Positions 52,088 to 64,000 of a stretch of DNA of 64,000 bases are shown here, in pieces (position 1 is the stretch's first letter; the number at the start of each line of letters is the position of its first letter). The stretch is from NCBI GenBank assembly GCA_964016885.1, contig OZ024756.1, positions 43,648,001-43,712,000 of the forward strand, written 5' to 3'. This DNA comes from Eledone cirrhosa. Taxonomy: Eukaryota. Both the position numbers and the translations under genes were made by a program. A model generated the notes under the pieces. The model was given only the letters and a program-made list of their open reading frames with translations, was not told the DNA's origin and made no database searches.

Positions 52088-53250
52088 ATATTCCTATGAA
52101 AAATTTTAAATGTTAAGACGTTATAGCAAACAAATTTATGTTTTAAGTCATAACTGTATAACAGGTATAATTATAACTTGCTATAAAATAACATAAGATT
52201 CATACTCTAATTACATTATTAAGATAGAAAATTTAATTTTTTAACATCTTAACTTTATAGTATTTAATCCTTAGAGCTATCTAAATTATTAATAAATCAC
52301 TAGCAATTTCCTTTACGCTCTACTGCTATTACAAATAAGGGATTATTCTTCTGTGAACTCTCGGAATTTTCATGGGCTTAGAAATATTCAGATATTTTAA
52401 ACCTACAAATTTAAAAAAAAATTAATTAATAATTAATAAAATTATATATGGTTTTGTAATAACATATTTTCTAATAATATATATTTTTAATAATATATAT
52501 TCTTTAATAATATATAGGTCTCAATTTTAATAATCTAACATACACATTTAAACTACGGATTGAATTGATAAATTATTAATTAAACATTTAATCAAATTTA
52601 TTAATTAAACATTAGATAAAACTCTTCAACTTATCTAGAGAGTCGGACGCCATGCTTTGACGCATAGAGTTACGGCCCTTGCCATTCTGAGTTCAAATCC
52701 CGCCGAGGTTAACTTTGCCTTTCATCCTTATGGGGTCGATAAAATAAAGTACCAGTAATACACTGGGTAATTGCTGGCCTTGTGCCAAAAGTAGAAACAA
52801 TTATAATGAATCCGGATATTATTGTTTATCCATGCTACTGTATTCATCCACGCTATATTCATTTCTTCGCCTCTTCTCTCAAAATTACGCTATTACTATC
52901 CTTATAACTAATATTCTCTCTCACTTAAATATACTCAAGTTCTTTCTCTTTTTCTTTCGTTTTTTCTCTTTCTTTTTTTTTTCCCTATTCCAACGGCTTA
53001 ATTTAAATATACTGTTATTTAAACCTTTCCGACACTAATTTGCATAATAAACCAACAATAAATCTAATAACTCCACTATCCAGGAGATTCCAACCAGAAA
53101 GGTTGCATTTTTTCAGGGTATAATAATAATAATAATAATAATGAAATTATTGTGTACAGTGCTCAGGTGCACTACAACTCATCAAAGGTGCATGTATAGT
53201 ACATAGAATAATGTATGTCAATATTTATTTATAAAACTAACCTATATTAT

Positions 53251-53314
53251 ATTTTATCTGATGAAAGCGCACCATAGTTTGCCTTGGTGGCCCTTGAAAT
53301 ATGTATAATGAAAT
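53251..53314 (+). ncRNA. Minimal type I hammerhead ribozyme (PLE-type)
   Basis: Stem I attttat/atgaaat, CTGATGA, stem II aagcgcacca/tggtggccctt (imperfect), GAAAT-atgt-ATA. Confidence 0.68.
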
Positions 53315-53445
53315 AAATATGGTTATATAAATATAGTTTCCATTTGTTAATATATTATATATTTACTCCAATAATTTGTTGAGTGCTTTATATCAGTTAT
53401 AAAAATATTTTGCTTGTTGTATCCCAACAAATTAAATATAACCTC

Positions 53446-53518
<73 letters not shown>

Positions 53519-53520
<2 letters not shown>

Positions 53521-53842
53521 AGGCACACGGCTTAGTGGTTAGAGCATTGGCCTTGCAATCGAAAGGTTGTGAGTTCAATTCTCAGACCGGGTGATGTGTT
53601 GTTTCCTTGAGCAAGACACTTTATTTCACATTGCTCCAGTTTACTCAGCTGTAGAAATGAGATGATAGGGACTGCAAAGTGGTCGTGGAGGTGACACGGC
53701 AAAAAAGCACCCAGCACTCACTGTAAATGAGGTTGATGTTAGGAAGGGCATCCAGCTGTAGAAATCAAGCTAGAATCAGTTCCCGTCCCACCCTTGCAAG
53801 CAGGGACAAGCGGACGTAAAATGAAATGATGAATGATGATGA
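53519..53842 (+). mobile_element. tRNA-headed CORE-like SINE with RTE tail
   Basis: Same structure as 46464-46803; starts immediately after a (TA)n run. Confidence 0.87.
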
Positions 53843-54224
53843 TAGCTGATAAGTTGCTTATATTTGAAAGTTATGCTGTACCTTTGTGAGGATAAGCTGG
53901 TTCAAGCTATCCAAAAGTACTTCACGTCAGTCGTTTATCCCAGGTAATAGTTGGTGATTAGGAGTGACAGAGTATTCATTTATTAATTAAAAGTAGTTAA
54001 GATGGGGTTACTTCACCATAATTACTTTGTTGTATGATACATATTTCTGTTACATGACTATGCATGTGACTTCAGCAGATGATCATACAACCATAGGTGT
54101 GTTTTTGCAATCACGAATTATCATACTGTTGTGATGCCATTGGTGTTTGTGTAGTTATTATCATAAAGACTTTGTTTCTTACTGCAATTACCCTGCTTCA
54201 CTTGTTCTCCTCCTACTCCAGATG

Positions 54225-54726
54225 AGTATTGTTGAGACAGAGTCCTAGCACATGCCTTCCAGAGTGTCTATCAGAAGCAACCACCTCATTCAACATTTTA
54301 GTTGTAGTTTCTATTAATGAAACCAGCAAAGATTTCATTTCAGTATTTATTTTACTAAGATTTACATTTTATCTTTTCAGTGAAATCTGCTCTGAAACAA
54401 CTGACGTTGGACAATGTGGACTACGAACTTAACCAGATAATAACCTTCATATGTACTGCAAATGTTGCCACAAGTTCTCAAAGGACTGTCCAGTTTAAAT
54501 GGAGTGTAAAACAAGGAAGTAATAACCTAGAGGAAGTTCAAAGATCTGTGAAAGTTCCAACAAGTAACAATTGTAAAGTTCAAGTACAGTCACGGTTTGA
54601 CTACAACATAACAACTAGAGACAACCCCAATATAACCATCACCTGCTCAGCATTTGGCATGGAACTTCACACAGAGGTCTCCATTGTGGATAAAAGTAAG
54701 CAAATTATTTTCTTTTACGTATTACC

Positions 54727-54808
<82 letters not shown>

Positions 54809-57800
54809 TATATATATCACTGCATCACTATATCTGCATGTGTGTGCATGTATAGATGAGAGGGATTCCATATTTTTAAATACATGTCTGCCTCTATCAA
54901 TGCATTCATGCGTGTAATCTACGCAAGTCTTCCACACAGCGCCCAGGTCTCACTACCATGTAACATTGCTGTTCGTATACACGCATCATACAGTCTGCCT
55001 TCCATTTTGAAGGAAAAGCCTTTTGCACTAGCAGTGGCAGTAGCTCCCTGCACTTCTTCCATCCCGTTCTTACACTGGTTACTATACTTTCAGAACCCCC
55101 ACCTCCGTTGCTAATTCAGTCACCTAGAGAGCAGAAGCTGTCTACTATTTCTACAGACCCCTCCCAGAGTTTGTTAGTGCTTGTTTCCTGTGGCCGTTTG
55201 CTGCTTGCTGTCCCGGTGCAGCTGCTATTTGTAAAGCCTACATTCTTAGCTGAACTTCCTGAGATCCCACTACATCTCTTGTGTACCTATTGTTTGAATT
55301 TAGGGCAGAGGGTGGAGTTCCTACATACTGAGCAAGGCCATTTCCATGAGGGGATCTGGGTTCTGTTTCTCGTTTTTGTCAGATTGACTTTGAGACCCCT
55401 TCTTTTTAGTCCCTGCTTCCATGTTTGGAATTTCTTCTTTAGTTCCGCCATAGATTCAGCTATAAGTGTAAGATCATCTGCATACAGAAGTTCCCATGGC
55501 ATCTGGTCTTAAATTCCTGTTATAGCCTGCAATATGATAATAAACAGGAGAGGGCTAAGAACAGAGCTCTGGTGGACACCGAACTGTATGCTAAATTCCT
55601 TGCTATAGTCATTGTTAACCCTAATTTTGCTGACTGCTCCCCTATACATGGCTTGTACAGCTTTCACAAGTCATTCATCTATTCCTAGTTTTCTAAGAGC
55701 CCACCAGATTATAGCATGGGACACTCTGTCAAAGGAGTTTTCCAGATTGACAAATGCCAAGTAGAGCGGCTTACTTTTAGCTAGGTACTTTTCCTGTAAC
55801 TGCCTCACAAGGAAGAGAGCATCAGTGGTGCTTTTTCCTGGCACAAACCCAAACTGCATCTCATCTAGTTTTACCCAGTCCCTAATCAGCTGTGCTATAA
55901 CTCTTTTCGTTACTTTCATGACCTGGTCCATCAGCTTTATACCTCTATAGTTTCCTCTATTTAGTGCATCACCTTAACCTTTGTAGCAGTTGACAATGAC
56001 GCTGCTGCACCAATCGTTTGGTATGACACCCTCTAGTATTACCTGGTTAACAATACGTGTGGTTATGGTGTGACCTACTGACCCAGATGCTTTCAGCATC
56101 TCGGCAGCTATACTCGATAGACTGCTTGCCTTCCCAGTCTTCATATCTTTAATTGCCTTACTTACTATGCTGCTGCTGACTTGTATTGCTGGCCCCTCTA
56201 TAGGGTCCACTTGGGGTAGGTTCTCTTTCTCCCATGCATTCTCCTCATTTAGTAATATTTCATAATGGCTCTTCCACGCATCTTTCTTCTTGGCACTTGT
56301 GAGGGCAAGCTCACCTTTATCATTCCGGACACACTTTTCTCGAATGACATCACAATTTTCTCTAAAACACTGCCTTGCAATCCTGAACACCTCCTGTTTC
56401 TGGTCCTCACGTTGCAAAACATGCTCAAACTTTTTATCCTCTGCTTCCCTTCTATTTAAGTATACTTGTCGCCTAGCTTCCCTGCTACCCCCTTTCTTCC
56501 ATTCTTTCCATGCCTGTCTCTTAGCCTTAATTGCCTCATCTACCTTATTGTTCCACCACCAAGTCACTCTCCTCCTGCTTGTGGTCTTGCTCCAACCACA
56601 AATCTCGTCTGTTGTCTTTCATAAGTTATTTTTTATGAACTCCCAGAGCTCTTCTACATTGAATGTCTCTATCTGTTCTTTACTGTCGTAGGCATCGAGT
56701 AAGATATCTCTAACCCTTTAGCATTTAAACTGGCTGTATCCAGCCATAATTCTCTCTCTTCTTTCTGTTCAAACCAGCCGTAACTGGCCACTCATACTGA
56801 CATTAAGGTATTGTTCTCAAAATAAATAACATCAAAATCTCATAGATTCGATATTATGTGAGCTAATTATGTGAGATAAAGCGTTTACTACAAAAATACA
56901 ATAGTATATATAGAGTATTGTGAATGCTTGAGGTCGCTGACAACTAAGTTATGGTGGGAAGATTCCTGAGCAAGGAAGGCTTTTGTGTTTACAACCGTCC
57001 ATCTATCTCGTCCTCTGATGAGGATAAAATCTGACTAGAATGATCCCCTGATCTATAGGTTATCAGATGGTTGTCGGGTTTTTTTAAGTTTGGTGTTACA
57101 TATCAATATGTCATTGGCGTCACAGAATTCTAGATGCTTGAAGCCTTCTTCATTTCTTGTGCCAAACCCATGGACGCTATAGAAGCCGTCAGTGTTTCCC
57201 AATGTGTCCATTAAAGTCTTCTGCAATGATTAGGAAGGCATTGTAGTTTGTTAGGGCAGTAGTGTGCATTAAGGACTCGTAAAACCTGATGATTCTTGCA
57301 TTCACCCTGTTCACTGAGATTACCTTATCTACCCATTCACCACCCAATCCGTTATCATTTTCCACCCAGAAAAATTTATAGCACTGATTTTTACCTACAA
57401 TGACTCTAGTGGCCTCTCCATCTAGTCTCTTTCATGCTGCATACATCAATTTATTTTCGCTCTAACATCTCTACGATTTTTCCTGCTCTTCCTTTCATTG
57501 CGCTTATGTTGATGTTGCCAACTCGGATTTTTGGGTATTTGCCATCACTCGTGGGATGGGGTGGATTTTTGCGGAGCAGTGTGTATGCTTTCTGTCTCTG
57601 AATTAAAGCTTCGCATGGGTGCTTGGTAACTTGTGGATTCATATTCATTTATTTATTCGGGGTTGTTCCATTATCCTCAGCTCATCCATAGATAACGGTA
57701 AAAAGAATTCTTTGGTGCAGGGCTAGAAGGGCAGTAGTAGTAATGGCAGAATTTGTTGGTGCTGGTGATGGGTGAGGATATGTTGCTGTGGTTTGATTGA

Positions 57801-60331
57801 TCGAAAAGCCTGTGAGGTTGGGTGGTAGGTAAATTGTGAGATAGGTAGCCATCAAGGCGTATATCGTTGCAGAAGATTCAGGGGAAATAAGCAGATACAA
57901 GTAGGCATATTCGACGACTGTGTGAGAATTTCAAAGATGGTCACCAACTAAATGAAAGATGAGTTGGCAATCTTTAAAAATCCATAGAGAAGGTCAAAAG
58001 CAGTCGAGATTTGTAACACCGAAATGAGTGAGAGAAAGGGGTAGAATGGCGGGGCTTTGCGATGAGTTCGTAGAGACAGAGAATGTAAAGTGGACGTGTA
58101 GGCGCCACGGGAAAAAAACACCCAGCACTCACTGTAAATGAGGTTGATGTTAGGAAGGGCATCCAGCTGTAGAAATCAAGCTAGAATCAGTTCCAGTATG
58201 AGCAAGACAAGGTCAGCCGACTGGACAACCCGTCTAACCCATGCAAGTGACTTTGTCTTGCTCATACAGAACTGATTCTGGCTTGATTTCTACAGCTGGT
58301 TGCCCCCTCTTAACACCAATCTCATTTACAGTGATTACTGGGTGCTTTCTGCTGTGGCACCTACATGACCAGTTTACAGTGGGAGGGGGGGGGGCATATG
58401 TCTATATGCTTCAGCTTCGGGTCTTCTGTATTACTGCATAACGCCAGAGGTCTCAGTCCTGTGTCATTGCCATTCACAGGTGTCTATATATGTGTGTATA
58501 TATATATATATATGTGTGTATGTCATCATCATCGTTTAACGTCCATCTTCCACGCTTGCATGGGTTTGGACGGGAGTTTTCCCACTTGAGGCAAGATTGG
58601 TTGTCCTGCTCGTATAGGACTGTCTGGTGGGTTTTTTATGGCTGGATGCCCTTCCTAACACCAACCATGTTTACAGTGTGGACTGGGAGGTTTTTACTGT
58701 GTTACCTACACGGCCACATTACAGCGTGTACGTGTGTTTTTTTTTGTCGTGACACCTACACGACCTCATTTGTTTCGGACTGGATGTTGTGGTACCAACA
58801 TAACTTCACATTGAAAGGGGTGGTGTGGGACGGGGGTGTATTTTGTTAGGGTTGCCTACTGACTGTAGGTTTCGCTTTGTACTTAGGCAAAGCAGGTCTT
58901 CTGTATAACTGTGTAGCACCAAAGATATCGGTCCAGTGACATTGTCTTGGAGCGGTGTAAGTGTGTGAGGTCGGAATTTCTGGGTCTGCCTACTCCGTAG
59001 CTACCATCTAATTTGATCGCCCTGCACTTTTTCATACAGCTGTCGTCTTTCATGCGCATCACGTGACCATACCAACATAGTCTTCTCTCGAGTAAACAAC
59101 ATCTGATCCCTCTTATTCCTAATTTCTCCCTTAGTTCGTTTATGCTTTTGCTGTTCACATCCAGCTGAGCATGCAAGCTTCGTTTCTCTCCAGTCTGCGT
59201 ATATCCTCTGCACACAATGCCCAGGTCTTACTGCCATGTAACATTGCTGTTCGTATGCAGGTAACGGAAGGTGTCCACAATTTTTATAGAACCATCTGTG
59301 CAGTGGAATGAGCTAATATTCTGTGGGCACTTGCTGCTACTTATTGCACCAGAGCACCGGCCACATATAAAATCTATATTCTTAGTTAGCTTACCTGTGA
59401 TCCCACTACATCTTTTATGCACCCATACTTTGCATTTGGGACATAAAATGGAGTTTCTGCCTACTCCTTTCCTACACACTGAGCATGGCCATTTCCCAGA
59501 TGGGACCGGTGCCCTATTTTCCTTCCTACAAACTAGAACTTTAGTCTTAGACAAGTTAACTTTAAGGCCTTTTGATTCTAGGCCATGCTACCATGTTTGG
59601 AATTTCTTCTCTAGTTCGACCATTGATTCATTTATGAGCGTTAGATCATCTGCATATAGGAGTTTCCATGGGCAGCCGGTCTTGAACTCCTCTGTTATAG
59701 CCTGAAGGGCAATAATAAATAGTAAGGGGCTAAGAACGGAGCTGTGATGAACACCAACTTTTACGCTAAACTCTTCACTATATTCATTGTTAATTCTAAC
59801 CTTGCTGACTGTTTCTTTATACATGGCTTGTATAGCTCTCAGAAGCCATTCATCAACACCTAGTTTTCGAAGCGCCCACCAGATAATGGAGCGGGGGACT
59901 CTGTCAAAGGCTTTCTCCAAGTCAACAAAAGCTAAGTATAGGGGTTTACTTTTAGCTAGGTACTTCTCCTGTAGTTGTCATACAATGAAAAGATCGTCTG
60001 TGGTACTTTTACCTGACACAAACCCGAACTGCATTTCATCTAGATCAATTCGTTCTCTGATTAGTTGCGCTATTACTTTTTCTGTGACCTTTGTGACCTG
60101 GTCGATTAATTTAATGCCTCTATAGTTACCCCTATCTAGGGCATCTCCTTTACCCTTGTAGCAGTTAATGATGATGCTGCTACGCCAGTCCTTCGGAATG
60201 GCCCCATTCTGTATGACTTGGTTTACTATCCGGGTGACCATAGTGTGTCCCACCGTTCCAGATGCTTTCAGCATTTCAGCAACTATTTCCGAAGGCCCAG
60301 TCGCCTTACCTGTCTTCATATCTTTGATATG

Positions 60332-60364
<33 letters not shown>

Positions 60365-60449
60365 CATCATCATCATCATTTTACGTCCGCTTTTCCCTGT
60401 TTGCAAGGGTGGGACTTGCCCTATTCAGCACAGCATTCCACTTGTCACA
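54225..60449. repeat. Right arm of the large inverted duplication (partner 1-5870)
   Basis: Mirror ORFs, for example 132..473(+) vs 59978..60406(-) and 2569..2787(+) vs 57682..57900(-). Confidence 0.95.
54381..54695 (+). CDS. IgSF gene copy B, exon 3: C2-like Ig domain
   Basis: ttttatcttttcag| acceptor, a|gtaagc donor, 315 nt, phase 1-1: (M)KSALKQLTLD...ITFICTANV...VQFKW...ITITCSAFG...VSIVDK, with the Cys-Trp-Cys Ig signature. Confidence 0.85.
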
Positions 60450-61382
60450 GTCCTTCGTCATCTCCTCCGTGAGTGTCAGCGATCTGAGGTCTGCTCTCAC
60501 AACCTCCGCACATGTTTTTCGTAGTCTTCTTCTACTGCACATACATACACACACACACATATATATATACATACACACACACACACACACAGTGTACTCC
60601 CGACATTCGCTGGATTTTCCTTAGAACCTAATTGTTTGTGGAAGCCACCACATATTCACAGAATCGTAAATCTTTCGCGAAATTTTTGTGGCAATATATA
60701 TATTTTTAATGCTAAATTATTAGTAACAATTTACCATATTTGCTGGCCCCTCTTATTATATTTTACGTTATATTTTGTTGTTTGTGGTCATTTTTATGAA
60801 CCACGTCCAATATTCGCAGTTTTTCTCTCTTCGTGAGTGATCTAGGAACATAACCTCCCACGAATCCCAGGGAACAACTGTGTGTATATATATATATATA
60901 TACACACACACATACATATATATAGTGTTTATAGTCACCTACCTGGAAAAAATAATAAAATCTTGAATTACCGATTTAAAATACAAATTGAAAAATTAAG
61001 CAATAAATGAAGTTTATATAATCTGAAAAAATGTACAATGAACTTGAATTCCAATTAAATATTTAGGAAAGAATTCATTTGTAATTCATTTACTTCTAAT
61101 TACATTTAAAATATTGATTTAAGTTTCTGATCTAATTTTAATATTTTTTCTAGATCTGCATTCACCTTCCTCTCACATTTTTATCATCAGATGTAAATTT
61201 ATTACGAAGTCAAAACTTTCTTGAAAATACCTTTTATATATTTTGCATTGCAATTTCAAAATGTAGTTAAAAAGAAAATTGAAAATAAAAATGTTAAATT
61301 GTTACATTATTGCTCTATACAGTGCATGGAGTTGCATGATTTCTGTATGGTTCTTTTTTCTTTTTTATGTTGTCTTATGTAG

Positions 61383-61424
61383 TTAGCATACTAGCAACAC
61401 AAGCACCTGTTGTTGATACTGCAG
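61383..61424 (+). CDS. IgSF gene copy B, probable exon 4: short stalk/linker; gene continues beyond the window
   Basis: Long T-rich tract ending atgtag|, 42 nt, phase 1-1, reads (I)SILATQAPVVDTA, donor gcag|gtaagt, in frame with exon 3. Confidence 0.6.
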
Positions 61425-61699
61425 GTAAGTGAACTTCATTTCATAAATATTTCCATTGACAGTCAATATCCTATACCACATCAAGATATTCCTCAATAAC
61501 ACAAAACAACGCTATGACTGCATCACATTAAAAATTAAAATCTTTACTCTAATACTGTAAATTTTTACATCTTAGTATCCTACAAAAACAAAGCTTTTGT
61601 ACTCTGCGGTCACCTTGAAGTAAAGAAGACTTGAAAGGAGAACTGGTCTGGGATCAGTCTAGAAACACTTCACCGTATCAAACCAGGGAAGATTGAGAA

Positions 61700-63770
61700 A
61701 ATCCTAGGCATAATTTGCCTATTCACACCACAAATTTGTGATCTGCATGGTTGTGTTAGATAGAACCTGTAGACAAGGACCCAGTTACTCATTTGGTCTT
61801 TGAGGTACCGAGATGGGCACATACTGGTCGATTCCAGATTGATATGTGTGGCTTTTCAGCAACATTTTCCATGGCAGTTCAGGGCAAGGGATGGGGTGGG
61901 GGTGTCAGTAGCAAACTATAGTTCCTACCTTGATGGCCTGCCACAAGTGTTGGTGCCAGAAGTTCAGGGCTGCGAAAAGCCGATAACAGCAGCCCATATA
62001 CAGGAAGCTCTAGCCGACTGTATCAGGCACAAATTGCCCAGTTTGGATGGTCTGCCCTATGTGTTTTATGTAGACATGTTAGACTTGTTTTCTGATGTTC
62101 CTGAAGCTGGCTACTGCAACTGGCAGCAGAGCAAGAGAATTGCCAGTTTTGTGAGTCAGAGAGTAGGAATGCTGATGAGGAAAAACAAGAGGTTGGCACT
62201 TGTGAAGAACGTAATAGGGAAGGTGCAAACTTGTGCAATCTAGACCAGATCCAACCATCACCTTATGTGATACATCATAGAGAGGGTATGGAGTAAACCT
62301 GGCTTTGGTGGGACTCTGATCAATTTGGATCAATTGAAAGCTGTTGATATGATCAACTATTGATACCTGGAGGCTGCCCTCAAGGCAGCGGGGTTCAGTC
62401 CTGTCTTCAGAGGCTGCATTGCTTCAATGCACAGCAGCATCTGCACGGTGGCTAAAGTAAATGGCTACCTATCAGAACCATTCCAGATTACACACCCAGT
62501 TCCTCAAGGATGCCCTCTCTCCTCCCTCCTGAATGGCCTGACTTTCGAACCATTACTCTAGAAGCTGAAGCAGTGCATTCCACTCCAACTGGAACATGAA
62601 AAGGCTGCATCAGCATATGTAGACAATGTCTCCATGGTTGTGTGGAAAACCTTGGAAGTTGAGGTGGTCAGCAACTTCTTAGAGGAATATGAAAAGTTTA
62701 CAGGAATAAAAATCAACCTGGAAAAGTTATTGGATTTTCAGCTTGGCACCTGGAGAATCGAATCCATGCTGCTCAACTGTGTCATCAGATGCTGGATGAG
62801 CCAGGGAAGGTGGTTTGTTTTGGTCCAGCCTTCTAGGTGGATAAAAATTAGTGCAAAGTAACAAGCAGGGTGGCCATTCTCACTCAGAAATGGGCTGAGA
62901 GGAAACTATCCCTGGAAGGTTGGGCTGTAGTGGTGAATGCATACATCACATCTGCCATCTATTAACACCCGGTCGTCTGTTGCACCCATCTGCACTTTAG
63001 CAAATTGGAGCATCTGCTCTTTAGCTTCTTGTGGAAGGCATAGGTTTCACTGGTGAGGCAGTCCAACTGCTGCCAGCACACTCTACGCAGAGGGCTGGGT
63101 ATTCCATGGCTGATGATGTTACGGCATCTCCAGATATTCCTAAACAGTGAATAAGTGTGATCACTGTGAGACAAGTCTTTCTGCAGCTCATCTCTGAGCT
63201 GCAGTTATGTGTCAAGCGAAGGCAGAGACTGGGAGCCGGGCATCTGGAATTTTGTCAGGCACACACAGCCTTCTAATATTCGGGTCAGTGGAAATTCCAA
63301 ATCAGCGTTCTATAGAAGACTAGTGGTGAGCAAGAGCAATAGCATTTTTGGGGAGAAACTCTTGATATCGACAAAATCAAACCAACTGTTCTGGAGAACT
63401 TTTGAGCCAGGAATTATGCATAATTTCCAGAAATCCCTAGCTTCGCATTGCTATGGGGAACACTGCCTGTTTGAGGCAGACTCTCAAGGCATGGAAGTGC
63501 TATTAGATGTACCTGTCTGAGATGTATGTCATCACAGCAATGAAACCAATCTGCACTCACTCATCCCAGTGTCCAAGCATTGCTGACTTGTGGAGTTTGG
63601 TTGAACAGCTATTGTATATAGGACAGATCTGGTTATCGACCAAGTCGATCGTGAAGATCACCCTGCTGCCATCTTTTGGCTGGGAAAGGCGAGAGCTTTT
63701 CCTCTGACTGAAGGTAGACACTTTCATCTTTGACCAAGCCCTCACCTTTCTTTCCAAGTTCCACTTGGAA
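61700..63770 (+). mobile_element. Old decayed Tx1/L1-type LINE ORF2 remnant
   Basis: LPSLDGLPYVFY, QGCPLSSLL, AYVDNV, GIKINLEK and W..RKLSLEG motifs spread over broken frames. Confidence 0.75.
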
Positions 63771-64000
63771 AGCAAGGTGAGGAGGAAAAGAAGTGCTGCC
63801 TCCTACTGCATTTGTTAAAAGGTGGATGATTGTAGCGAGTATGGCCCATGTGAATGGGCTACTGCAACCATCCACCTGTAGGCTGAAGAATTTAGAGAGA
63901 AGGGTGACCTCCTAGGGTGCTCTTAGAGAATAGGAGTGGGGGTTAAGTTTTGTGGGTTTCTGGCGTGCCTCTGAGTGGTACTCCCCTCCCACCCCCGAGT

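Noticed and set aside
53519-53592. tRNA gene
   Set aside because: The tRNA-like sequence is the head of a multi-copy SINE and runs straight into the SINE core.
61291-61424. Reading this region as a signal-peptide exon of a new gene (MISVWFFF...) or as a GPI-signal terminal exon
   Set aside because: It needs a frameshift or the wrong splice phase. The T-rich stretch is better explained as the polypyrimidine tract of the in-frame 42-nt exon 61383-61424.

Overview
Repeat-dense animal genomic DNA, most likely an octopod cephalopod (inferred from the RTE LINEs with (ATG)n tails, the CORE-like and Meta-like tRNA SINEs and the abundant TA/CA microsatellites). Most of the window is transposon debris. 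It includes at least three RTE LINE subfamilies with an in-frame PHD-type finger, a young Naiad-type Penelope-like element with 1.39-kb inverted pseudo-LTRs and hammerhead ribozymes, a Mutator-like foldback, a MITE, a decayed Tx1/L1 element and minisatellites. Hidden among these is a spliced immunoglobulin-superfamily gene on the + strand: leader exon ending at 16333, V-like exon 29837-30163, C2-like exon 54381-54695 and a 42-nt stalk exon 61383-61424, all with phase-1 GT-AG junctions. A second, inverted copy lies on the - strand (V 10250-10576, C 5399-5713), head-to-head across a 200-N gap. By hand alignment the two V exons differ at 23 of 327 nt in 16 codons, all amino-acid changing, while the adjacent introns and the C exon differ by only about 1-2%. 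This pattern suggests diversifying selection on a candidate immune or allorecognition receptor. Whether the copies are paralogues or two alleles retained by the assembly cannot be decided from this window. TE boundaries are approximate unless TSDs or TIRs are quoted.
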